A DNA stretch of 63,378 nucleotides, the filler included, from Hyphochytrium catenoides (lineage: Eukaryota > Protista > Hyphochytriomycota): the NCBI GenBank assembly GCA_900088475.1. It is 11 parts of 11 records of this genome, joined end to end, with 100 filler letters (N's around TTAATTAATTAA, not from the genome) between each part and the next. Parts side by side here need not be neighbours in the genome. Positions count along the whole stretch, not along the records: positions 20,127 to 42,179 come from FLMG01004086.1; positions 42,280 to 43,429 come from FLMG01003624.1; positions 43,530 to 45,410 come from FLMG01002506.1; positions 45,511 to 48,435 come from FLMG01000059.1; positions 48,536 to 51,385 come from FLMG01003045.1; 6 more parts are not named here. One strand, 5' to 3'. Both the position numbers and the translations under genes were made by a program. The notes beneath the pieces were generated by a model. The model saw only the letters and a list, made by a program, of their open reading frames with translations, had not been told where the DNA came from and did not search any database. Numbering within the stretch: position 1 is the stretch's first letter; the number at the start of each line of letters is the position of its first letter. This document shows, piece after piece, positions 37,047-48,994 of the stretch.

Positions 37047-39450
37047 ATGGCCGATGACGAGGGAGAAGAGCCGTCAAAGGAGGCAGAAAAGAGTCAAAAG
37101 GAGGAAGAAGAAGAAGAAGACAAGCCGCTGACAGATTACTATGAAGCTCTCTACGCGAGCCTCACCCATCAGAAGCGTCTCTGTTATGACCTCCGCTCTC
37201 TCCACAGCTTCAAGAGGATCCGTCTGCCCAGCCCGCGCTGGTGCCAGATCTGCCAGAGGTTCATCTGGACCACGTTTGGTGCCAATGCCGCCTGCTATTG
37301 CCTCACGTGCAAGCTTGTTGGCCATCGTAGCTGCATCACTTCAGACAACCTGACTCTCTGCACTTTGGAAAGGACGCCAGCAGTGTTCAATGTGGCGCGA
37401 GATAGTTCTCTGGTTTGCTCTTCACTGCCGCCAAGACCGACGCATTCGACAACAACGATCCGCCTGCCAAAGGCCAGTCATCCTCTATTGGAAAGCACTG
37501 GAAGCCTTGAGAACTCCCCATCCCCTGAATCGACGGAGACAGAGAGGACTCAGACTTCTTTTCATGGCTCTGCCCCGCCGTCTTCTCTCCAGGTGAGAAG
37601 TATCGCTCCCACCTTAGCCACTGGCATGGCTGGCGCGGCAGTTGGGGCACTGCTAGCAGGACCAGTGGGTGCCGTTGCGGGCAGCCAAGTGCAGATCGCC
37701 GCCTCGGTGGCAGGGGCAGGAATGGCTGCTTGGACAGCGTCAAGCGTCCGCAAACTGCGCTCTGACTCAAGTCCAGACACTTCATTGCCCCGGCGCTATC
37801 GGAACGAGGGCTGGATCAGGGCAATTGCTTTAGAGTATAAGGGCAAGATAGACAAGGTTGGAAGCCAGAGTGTGCTTGGAATGTACAGAGAAGAAGGAAT
37901 CAGGGCGCTGGAAATGGAGAGAAGCGCCACAGAAGGTGCTGTCCAACCTGCTCTGGGCTCTAGGGCGCATCTCTATCCCTGGATTGGTTCACTTTATGCC
38001 TCTGGCAGCTTTCCCTTGGGCTTTCTTTATGGCACTCTCATCTCTGTCTTTGAGAAACGGTTTGCGGAAAGGGCAAGGTCGGGGCTGGATATCGATAGTC
38101 TTGGCGTCCAATCGCTTAGGGATTGCCAGGCCATGTTAGGCTTACTGCTTGACAGCACACAGGACGCTGTCTCTCTCGCGCTATCTTCCTTAGACGAGGA
38201 TCAGAAGGGAAAGGATGGTTCTCATATGACAGGAGAAGAGCTTTCTGCAACCCTTCTTGAGATCGTGGAAGATTTCTCTTTCTCTCAGATTTACCCTCTT
38301 CTGATCTCTGAGTACCGTCTCAAGTACATTGAACAGGACAAAGAGTTCTTAGACCGTGTAGAGTCCAGGCGGGCTGAGGATGGAAGCACCAAGGAGAGAG
38401 GGTACCAGAAGGCTGTGGAGGTGAGTGGCTGAAGTAAGCTAGACCCGTAGTGAACTCCTTTCTGTCCCTGACCAGCTTGACTCTCTTACTTCGTCATATG
38501 CTGGCCGCTACTTCCTTGTTAGCTCTCACCGCGCACAGAGATTCAACTCTTTTCGCCTTTATTCTATTGAGTTACCAGCCAATTCGCGCTATTTCGCCTT
38601 CAGATGACAGCATCTTGCGCTATTGTGCTCCATCTCGTCAGCTAACGCTGTCGACGTTTCCCTCTGCAGCTGCTGAACACGCTGGAGCACATCTTTTCTC
38701 CTCGTCGTAAGCTCCAGACTGTCATGCTGGCATTCACAGCTCTCTGTGAAGAGTCCTTTGGCTTTCAAGAGGTAGCAGATTTGACTGCTGACGTGCTACT
38801 TCCACGCTTTTGTGAGGCGATCGTGCGCTCGAGGTGAGCAGATTGAGAAGAACGGAAGAGCTCTTTTGGTTTTCTTGTCCCTCCGCCTTCCCTCTGTTTC
38901 CTTCACCCGTCCATTCAACTTCTTCGGTCTAGTTACCCACACTCGCTGCCCCTGAGCGTCTGTCCTGTCATAGCCTTCAGTGCCCCTTACAGCGTCTCCT
39001 CGCAGATCCCCTGCTATCCTTCCCCAGTCCTATACTCTATCTCTATAAAGTTCTTTCTATATGTACATGGGAAGCCCTGACATCTTTTCTTTCTCTATTA
39101 GACTACGCCATCCCAATGCGGAAGCGCTATTTATTGCTGATTTGACAGATGGTGGAGGAAGTGGGAAAGAAGGATATGCCCTCACATCTCTCCATGCTGC
39201 GCTGTACATCATCCAGCACGTACAAGAAGGAGGACAGAAGGAACAAACTGCTGAAGAAGACGCACACTCCTCCTCTGAGTCCATAGACTCCCTAGAGTCT
39301 GCAGACTTCTTTGACGCAGTTAGCTCTCCTTCCACAGCCCTTCCTACATCGCCGCGCTTCAAGAACCTCCCACGAGAGATCATCCATTCCTCTCTCAAGG
39401 CATCGGAAATGATGCATGGCTTTGTCCTGGAGTCCAGTAGAGGGCGATGA
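37047..39450 (+). CDS. C1-domain and VPS9-domain protein (Rab5-family GEF), 3 exons
   Basis: Exons 37047-38420, 38670-38833 and 39102-39450. C1 finger HSF...CQIC...C.TC...H..C; VPS9 motifs SPRRKL, LTADVLLP and GKEGYALTSLHAAL. Confidence 0.85.
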
Positions 39451-40949
39451 AGCAAACCCTATCAACATCTAAGGGGCAGTAAAAGGTCACTCTACAGGGC
39501 GAAGCAACAAATGCGGGCATTAGAAGGTTTCGTCAGACCGCAAAGGATGTCGGGAGAGCTCGGTAATCGCACGTATAACTCTCGGCAGCCCTCGCTTGCA
39601 TTGCTCACAGACATGAGCTTGCACCACAGACCCTAGGTGTTGCCTTCATCAAGGACCAGTGCCTCCACGCGCCATAGGAGGTGGAGCAGAGGCCAAAGGG
39701 CCAGAAAGGCTCGCTATCACAGCTTACAATGGTACAAATTCCTACAGGCAGAGAGAGTGGAGGTGCGCAGGACTTGCAGCGTCGCCCACTATAGAAACGC
39801 ATCATAGAGGTAGCGTCCTGACGTACGGACTGGGACTCGGAGTATATTCAGCTCACAGGGAATCAATGTATGGCCTTTCTATGGTCAATATATTGTACGG
39901 CAAGTCTAGGATGTAGAGGGAGGCCTTCCGTTCCTATAGCGTCAGGTTTGATCCATGATCCGCTTCCCTCAGGTCTGCCCTGATGAGACTCTTTCGCCGT
40001 CACTGCGCGACTGCTTCAAGTTGGTCAACTTGTAGACGGCGACCGATGAGCCCGGCTAACAGCTACATGAAGAGGCTGGTCGTGGAGAGCCGGGAAACCT
40101 GTGTCTCTCTGATTGAATATTGTTATCTGAAGAAGCTAGATTAGCTTCTAGGTTCCTCTGCCTTTCCGGAACTTAGAGCGTGGTTTTGGTGTGCACTGCC
40201 TTGTTCTTTCGTCAAAAGAAGACCAAGGCTTGTTGCCTATGTATGTCCAGATTATATTGCAGCTGAGACTCAGCCCTAACATCCTGGCCGAGGATGGTCC
40301 GCCTTGGAAGCACCTCCATCCTAAGAAGCGTCAAAGACCTTCTTTCCGGCCGCTTCCCAGAATATTTCAGAATCTGTTTCTAAAGATTTCTTTTGGGCGC
40401 GTCCAATAGCTCTTCCTGTCCCTGCTCTCTGAACAGCCCCTGATCGGCAAACTTGACGAGAATGACTCGCGCAATGGCGAGAGAGAATGAGTTCTTTGCT
40501 TCAGCAGATGACGTGATCTTTGAGCAGGACGCAACTTTTTGCTGATAAACTGATGACGGAGCTTTTCAAGCTTTTATCTTATGTCAGGGATCATCACTGA
40601 TGGGATCGACCTCCCCTTCCTCTACATGTCTCAGCGCTTCCTTATGATCACCACCAGGATGGCTTCTACGCGGTTGCCTTGTAAGGTAATGGAAAGGCTT
40701 GGTTAAAGGGCTAGAGGTGACAGATAGAAGGCACTAGTAGTTCCGGGTAATGTTTTCTGCGACACAATGACTGGGCACGCGGAACAATAGGCTCCTTTTC
40801 CTAGACAGAAGCGCCACAGCCACCTCTATCCATTAGACGACGCGAGGAACAACAGCTTCTTTAGAACAAAACAGCTTTGCGTCGTCCAACTGACAGCTAC
40901 ATCTCGATTCATCTACTCTCAACCTCTAGAACTTCTGTTGGCTGCGGAC

Positions 40950-42179
40950 CTAATAAAGTCTACGCCTTACTGCACAATGCGGCTTGGACGATAAGGGTCA
41001 CATCTCCTTTTCTGGCGTTTGTTTGCTTCCTAAGCAGGCTTTGCGGATAGTAAGTAATAAAATAGCCTCTTCTCACTGGTGTGTCAGATCAACAGCATGA
41101 AGACTGTCAGAACAATAGGAGACGCCGCACTATCTCTGGCTCCGAAACTGCGACCCACTGGCCTGCCGTTGGTCCTTGGCCACCAGCAAGCAAGGCAAAG
41201 TAGCGGCCTCAATGGTTAGCAGGCGTATGTTGACAGGAGACACTCAATGGAGATTATGCCTTTGGATGATGAATGATGAAGCTCTGGATGGCCGAGGATG
41301 ACGCTTGAGGGGCGCCGCCGTTGGTGCTAAACAAGTATTACAATTTGTGGTTCTGGTCATCGCTTTATTGGGGTAAAATGTATGGGTTGAGTGTACAACG
41401 ATCTCAACAAGGCACTTTCTTCAGCTCCGACTGCCCTCTGGAAGTTAGTTGAGCCGTCTGCAAAACTCTTCATGGGGCATCGCTTGCGGGTAGTCAACCA
41501 GCAATTGGCCATTGAGAGAATCAATGAGGAGATGAAATTGGCCTGCGAGAAGGATGGCCACTCTGACCAAGCTATTGTTGTCATGGACTTCAAGAAGAAG
41601 GAGTAGGACAAGAAGAAGCGTCGTCTGCTGAGAGTACCTCGGACCAACCCCGTTCTTCTCGTGACATGGTGTCGTATTATGCGATTAGGAAAGCTTTGAA
41701 TCTCCAGACTTCCGGTCAGATATCGATCAGCGACGCAAGGAAGCAGAATGAGCAAACCAACCCTAGGCAGATTCCTGACTCCTATACAATGGTGCCCGAC
41801 TTCTTCGCTCCAGCTTGGGCTAGAAGGCCAAAGAGAGGTGAGATGTACGGCAGAAAGTATATCTCTGGTTATAGGCATATTATCAAGGAACTCTTTGATG
41901 TGGGAGCTTCAGAGAGCAGCCAGAAGAATGGACCATACCAGGGTGATGCTAGAAGAGCTGCGGGCTCGATACCCTGATAGGTTTGACTTGCCCACGGAAA
42001 GTGAGATTAGAGTAGAGATAACGAAGCTTCTTCAAAGCAGTAAGCGGGAGAGCAGCAGCAAGAAGAAGGTCGAACAGAGCCCATATATAGCCTATTTCGC
42101 TGAGCTAGTGCAGGCCAATCCTGACATCAAACCCAAGGAAGGACTGGCTGCTTTCCGAGCGCACTTTGGGCCATCCAGC
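40950..42179 (+). mobile_element. Decayed DNA-transposon transposase (Sola-like, tentative)
   Basis: HRLRVVNQQLAI...AIVVMDFKKK and WARRPKRGEMYGRKYI...MLEELRARYPDRFDLPTESEIR, with frameshifts and an internal deletion; resembles oomycete repeat-encoded transposases. Superfamily from memory. Confidence 0.5.
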
Positions 42180-42279
42180 NNNNNNNNNNNNNNNNNNNNN
42201 NNNNNNNNNNNNNNNNNNNNNNNTTAATTAATTAANNNNNNNNNNNNNNNNNNNNNNNNNNNNNNNNNNNNNNNNNNNN

Positions 42280-43120
42280 TGGGTGGTCAAGGGCGTTCCT
42301 CTGCGGTTCGTCCGTGACCTTGGTTTCCCTGTGAAGGAGCTGTACATGATCCATTCGGGGTACATGGCGCTGGAGTTCGTCACCACGAGAGACCTCAAGA
42401 GCCCGGATGTAAGTGAGAGAGAGAGAGAGGGAGAAAGAGAGAGCAAAAAGGGGGAGAAGTAGAGAGGAAGACAGGGCGAGAGAGAGGAGAGACACAGGGA
42501 GTACCTGGGCGAAAGAGAACAAGAAGTTCAAATATGAGATAGACAGATTGACACATGAGCGTGAGAGAGAGGGAGAGAGAGATGGCTATGCTATGCAGCG
42601 GAATCCAGCAAGAGCGAGAGGGGAGAGAGAGAACCGTTGGAGGAAAGAGAGAACAAAGAGGCACTCACACGCAAGTGAAGAGCGAGGGAGAGTAAAAGAA
42701 GAGGGAAACATAAGAGAACGCATTCTCCCTTGGCTTCTCATACCCTTCTCTTGCTCCTGTGTGTCTCTTTCTTTTGCATCACGCACGAATGCTCTCGGTC
42801 TCGTCCTCTCACTTCTCTCTGACTCCTCTCCTCTCCCTCTTTTCCTCTCTCTCTCTCTCTCTCTCTCTTTTTGTGCTCTCTAGGTGTGGACCCGCAACGT
42901 CTCTATAAACTTCAAGAACCTGAAGGTGCACATTCCTCCGCACATTTCCTCCATCGAACGCGTCTTTGTCGAGAGTTTCGCCCGTTCCATTAACCAGAAG
43001 AAGAGTTTCTCTCTCTCTTTCTCTTATTCCACCCCGCCAGAAGGGAACGCAATGCCTCAGGCCGCGAAGGACTTTGATGATCATCTCAAAAATGCACTGA
43101 TGTCCTCAGTGAACTATTAA
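42280..43120 (+). CDS. Hypothetical protein, last two exons (partial)
   Basis: Exon 42280-42408 (GTAAGT donor) splices in phase 0 to 42884-43120 (TAG acceptor after a CT tract). Confidence 0.7.
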
Positions 43121-45692
43121 AATATAAGGGTGAGAGAGAGAGCAAGAGAAGAGATGGAGATAGAGATAATGAAGAGCAGTGAGCCTTTCACTACTTGGAA
43201 GAGAAAGAGCCGGGGAAGGCTGACTCATTACATGCTAAAAGAGAGGAAGAGAAAATAGAAAGGTTGCTTCCACCGACAAAAGAGAGCCATTAGTCTTCTT
43301 CATCATTGAGAGAAAAGAAGCTCCGTAACTCTGATTCTTTCTTCCAAAGCCACGCGTGGGCGCTTTATTCGTCAGTATAGGCCACAATCGAGGTCTAGGA
43401 GCGCCCTCTCTTTCTTTCTCTCTCTCTCTNNNNNNNNNNNNNNNNNNNNNNNNNNNNNNNNNNNNNNNNNNNNTTAATTAATTAANNNNNNNNNNNNNNN
43501 NNNNNNNNNNNNNNNNNNNNNNNNNNNNNCAACTGCAGCAAGGCTTGTCAAGGTTGGACAACATCGTGGAGGAGAGCTGTGAGAGACCAAGATTCTCACG
43601 TTTTATAATGATAGAACTATGTGACAGCCGCAGCAAGGAGGACAATGAGTAACGAAGCGATAGAGAGAGCAAGTAAGGTGGTATCAAGAGACAGAGAAAG
43701 AGAAGAGATGGCAGCGAGAGTCACCCTCACCTGGGGGTGGGAAAGGGGGACTCTGTAATGAAGGGAGGTGATATATAGGATCTCACGTAGTTTAAGGGGG
43801 TTCTGGGGGGGCCAGGAGGTTTGTGACCCCTAAGGTGGAGAGGGTTGGGGGAGGCGACGAGAAATGCCTTGGTGACAAGAAGTGGTTGAGATAGACATTA
43901 CCTACATCCTAGGGAGAGATAGTGTTCCTCCAGTCCTTGCTCCCTCCTACTACTAACCAACGTGCTGTCTGTCATAGAGGCTGGCTGAGAATGGATTCAT
44001 CATGGCGGTGGCCATCATTAGCGACAGAAGCGCACTAGAAACCACGACCAGAGATTAGAACCCTTTTCCCCGTCAATAATCTTCCTCTTATCCTGTTAAT
44101 ATTCTTCCTCTTATCCTGTTGGAGTCTCAGTAACAACCATGCTCGCTGATGACAGCAGAAGGAGGAGAGGGACTGCTGTTCCTCAAGGGATATTAGTTCT
44201 TCCTCTTGCTTTTTATACTGCCGCGGCCAGTCGCAAGGAGTTTGACGGGTCTGGTGTCGCCTGTCTGCTGCCTGATAAGTGGTTAGTGACGACCTCGTCG
44301 TCGGCTCCGTTGTAAGTTGTTTGGCATCCAGACGGGGAGCACTGGTTTGACCTCACGGTGGATGCTACCTTGAGTGCGGGTCGGTTAGGTGGGCGTTTTC
44401 TCTGATTCAAAAAGTGCTACTAGTAGCAACAAACACGACACCTTGCTAACCTATCGTCAAGGAATAACAGCAGCTGCTGTTATGCAGGATTGGAAGCATG
44501 GGAGTCCCAATGTCTTGCTAACTGCTGCAGTATTAGAAGCGTCTAGTGTCACAGAACCAATTCACCAGGAGGAAGGAGTCATCATCGTCTCTCCTCTGCT
44601 CTTCAGAGCTTGTGATGAACTTGTCTTAGTAGATAAAGCTTCCTCTTGATAATGAAAAGTGATATGCGGTTCCCAGATGGTTAGTGATGAATGGCTTTGC
44701 GTTACCGAAGCCCTCCTTGTGGTTGGACGTCCTACAGAGGAGAAGAAGTGCTGGAGAAAAGAACTCTATAAGTGAGAAGCAAGTTAGCAGAAGAGGAGTG
44801 GTGATGTAGTAGGTAGGATGTGGCGTAACTAGGACTTCTTTCATCCGGCAGTCATTGGCAAGTCGCATCATCGATTGCTTATAACATTACTAGGAGGTTG
44901 GTGCTACGTTTAGCTAGAACTAGCTGCACTCGTCATCTTCTGTTCGCATTAGACGTAGTGGTCCTTCTGCGACCCGCATAATGCTTCATAAACTCTTTGT
45001 ATTGGTGGTAGATGGGGATACATACAGCTGCTATAATATCGTGAAAGAAGGCCAAGGATACCAGTGGACCTTCAGCGCCTTCCTACGTCAAGCGCTCTGT
45101 TCAGACACTAATAGCAGTCTAATTGCTGCTGTCTGCCCTCTTTCTTTGTACTTTGCTAGCTACCCTGTTAGCCAATTAGTCAGAGCAGCTTTTGTTGGGC
45201 TGTTATTAGTCCCAGTGTTCGTTTTTCTTAGAGCTTCATGTAGATACACCAGCGCTCCTCAGAAGATAGAACTCAAGAGAAAGCCAATGAGCTCTGATTG
45301 GCAATACCAGCTCTGGTTACAGAGTCTTCTTTGCGAGTAGAGAGACCAGGATCGTTCCTGTGCGACAGAAGAAGGGGTGAGAGGATCCGGCCAGACGGCT
45401 CATCCTTATANNNNNNNNNNNNNNNNNNNNNNNNNNNNNNNNNNNNNNNNNNNNTTAATTAATTAANNNNNNNNNNNNNNNNNNNNNNNNNNNNNNNNNN
45501 NNNNNNNNNNGAACTTGAAAGACAAGATCAAGAGGAGAGAGAAGAGACAAGTTGATTGACCCGCACAACCAAGACAGAAAGATGTGGCAAGGATGCGGTC
45601 ATCAGGGGAAGAGACGCAAAGAGAGATCCGGACAGTGGCCAAGCGAGAACACTCGCCGCAAGAGAGAGGAGAGAGCACGATCAGGAGCTGAC

Positions 45693-46108
45693 CTGGGTAC
45701 AGAGGTAAGCGTACTCATTGCTGGAAGATAGCTTCTTCAAGTTTGAGATGTCTTCTTGATCCACCTTCTCAGCCGTAAGGAACTACCCGCAGAATAGGAG
45801 AAGTCAGTGGGAAAAGAGCAAGAAAAGGCGTGTTAGCTGTGGAACAGGAGGGGAACTATGAAAAAGAGAGAAAGAAGGGAGATAAGAGGGTGGCAGGAAA
45901 GGGCAAACACTCCTCCTGAAGCCCTGTGTTCCCTCTCTCTTTTCCTCTGTCTCTCTCTCTCTTTGCTTCTCTCTCATAGAAAAGTGATCAAACCTCCTTT
46001 GTGAATCTTCCTCTCACACGCATACCACGTTGTAAAAAGGCAGTGACAGAGGAGGGAAGGAAGATACACATTTGCCAGGAATGAGCAAAAGTCTACTGAG
46101 CCTCTGCG

Positions 46109-46170
<62 letters not shown>

Positions 46171-46483
46171 TCTCTTGCTGCTCACACACACCCTTCGTCA
46201 TAGTCTCTCTCTCTCTCTCTCTTCCTCTCATACAGACACTCAAAGACCCATCAGCCGGTTTCTCTGTCTCTATCTTTCTTAGCTGCGCGTACTTACTCTT
46301 CCCAGTATATCCCTTAGTACTCCGCTATAGACATTGAAGTATGAAGCCGCCGAGGCGACGGAGGCGAGCTCTTTATGATGGCCGGCGGCCGAGATGCGCT
46401 GGATCGCGTAGTTCAGGAGACCGCAGTCCTAGAATGAGAGAGAAGCGAAAGTCAGTCATGGCTCTGTGGCCCTTGAAGAGTTT

Positions 46484-46539
<56 letters not shown>

Positions 46540-47728
46540 GAGTGATACGCGAAAGGAGAGAGCCAGAGCCAACCAGATGTAGAAGAAAATGGGTAGAAGA
46601 GCCAAGAGACAGGATAGCGACGGAGAGTGTTCAAGAGAGAGAGAGAGAGAGAAGGAGAAACAAGATGACGATAGAGAGACAGGCAAACGCTTTCTCACCC
46701 GGTGCTGGTCCGACAGCTCTATGAACATTAACCGCCAAAACTCGACGCTCAGCATCTCTCCCAGCCAAGGTGGCTCCTCATTGCAGCCCTCTAGCACCCG
46801 CATCATCTGACAGCCAGAGAGCGAGAGCGAGAGCGAGAGCGCGAGAGAGAGAGAGTGAGAAGGTGAGGGGGAAGACCTACTACGAGGAGTACAGAGAGAG
46901 AAACCTGCAAACCAAGAATCTCTGACTCACATTCAAAAAGAAGGACGCAAAACGAGGAAATAAGACTTGAGAAGAGAATCGGGATACGGCTTGAAGAGGC
47001 AGAGCGACAAGAGAGAGAAAGAAAGAGAGAGAGAAAGAGAGACTTAAGAGACACAGGAGGAGCCATACCAGCTTAGGGTTATAACGCTGCATGATGAGCT
47101 GCTTGACGTGTTGCTGAATGATGAACTCCGCGCCTCTGTTCTTCCTTTGCTCCTCTTCCGACTCCAGAAGATCGGCCAGCCGCTGACCGCGGGGCCGCGG
47201 CATGCTGTCAACCCACTCCGCCAATAACTGAACCATTGGCCCATAGCCGCGATAGTTCTCTTTTGTAAGAGCACAGAGAGAGAGAGAGCGAGAGAGAGAG
47301 AGAGAAATATAGAGAGGAGAGAGAGAGAGCGCGCGCACGGACAAGAAAAGACAGAAAAAGGGAGAGATATAAGAAGAGAGAGAGAGAGAGAACACAGATA
47401 AAGCAAACACACCAAAGGAAGATAAGGAAAAAAGAAAGAAAGAGAGAGAGACAGAGAAAAAAAGAGAGATAGAGACAGAGAGTGAGAGAGGCATGTTAGG
47501 GAGGGGGATAATAGAGTATCAGAGGACGAGAGAAGGAGTAAACATGTTTGATAGCTCTTTATCTGCCTGTTCCTGATCGCTCACTAGATCTTCGGCGGTG
47601 TCTTCCCTTCTCGCTCTTCCCAACTCAATGCCCCTTCCGCCTTCAAATAGCAAGCTAAACTCTAAGGGATCTCTTTTCTCTCTTTTCTCCTTACCTGTCA
47701 ATGACTTGACGATATAGACTTAGGAGTA

Positions 47729-47763
<35 letters not shown>

Positions 47764-48036
47764 AAGAGAGAGAGAAAAAGAGAATAACACGGAGAAGTCA
47801 TTAGCCACTCTCGTCGCGTGCCATGGCGTGTCGAGATTGTGTGGTATACCACCCCCATTGCTCATGAACCGACAATAGAGAGAGTGAAGAGAGACAAAGA
47901 AAGAAAGAGAGAGAGACGGTGACGAAGAGATCGCGAGTATGCAAAGAGAGAGAATGTAAGAAGTTATAACGCAGATGAACATTGAAAGCAGAGGGAAGAA
48001 AGAGAGAGAAAGATGGTCCCCAAGGGACGGCGCGCG

Positions 48037-48103
<67 letters not shown>

Positions 48104-48214
48104 AGAATGCTTACCAATCCCTGTCTCGTCTCCCGCCGACTGGCTGAGCTTCAGATAGCTCTCAATGGTAGAAAGCACTGAAGGCTCCATCACAGAATCC
48201 TTAGCTTCTAGTTT
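45693..48214 (-). CDS. NELFCD: Negative elongation factor C/D (TH1-like), partial, multi-exon
   Basis: DSVMEPSVLSTIESY, ENYRGYGPMVQLLAEW, PPWLGEML...WRLMFIELSDQH, DCGLLNYAIQRISAAGH and EYAYLCTQ are collinear with TH1. One splice junction near 47550 is unresolved. Confidence 0.88.
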
Positions 48215-48256
48215 CTGTAAGAGAGTCAAAGAGAGAGAAGGGGGGGATGAAGATTG

Positions 48257-48288
<32 letters not shown>

Positions 48289-48994
48289 ATCTCAGTGGTC
48301 CCTTTGTTAACGATAATGCCAAGAAGAGAGATGCAAACGAAGACAGCGCGGGCACGCGATTTCCTCGTGTCAACTCAAAGAGAAAAAAGAGATAAACAAA
48401 AGCGGGAGAGAAGGGGGAGAGAGAGAGAGAGAGAGNNNNNNNNNNNNNNNNNNNNNNNNNNNNNNNNNNNNNNNNNNNNTTAATTAATTAANNNNNNNNN
48501 NNNNNNNNNNNNNNNNNNNNNNNNNNNNNNNNNNNCAAACATATCCCTTCCATCGCGGATGCCTTACTGACCTTTCGCTACTATACTAATAAGTCCCGTA
48601 CCACATCGAATCCCATAGTATTTGTCAAGATATTTTCAGGAACTCTCGAAAGTCAGCATGTATGCAGAATTGAGACAACCGCTAGAGTCAGATTGGGACC
48701 GATGTCACTCCCTCTGTCCTAAGGAGAACGAAATGGCTGCTGCTGCATGGTGTGACAATCAGGTCTTTTACTTTGTGCAGCTTCCCTTTGGATCCAGACG
48801 ATGATAAGAAGGCAAAGGTAGCGCCGTGTGTTATAACCTTCACACCCTGTGACGACTAGGAGAAAATGTTTTTGCCAACGGCTGGATAGCAAGTAAACAG
48901 TGTGTTGTTAAAAGATTATTCATACATACGAGATAACTTTGTAGTTTTCTCCTCTTGCCTCCAATTAGCCTTTCTGCCTGCGAAGTGGCACATT

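Noticed and set aside
43530-45410. Short ORFs on this scaffold and a ~23-bp tandem duplication near 44078-44120
   Set aside because: No motifs and many stops; the duplication is an ordinary slippage event.
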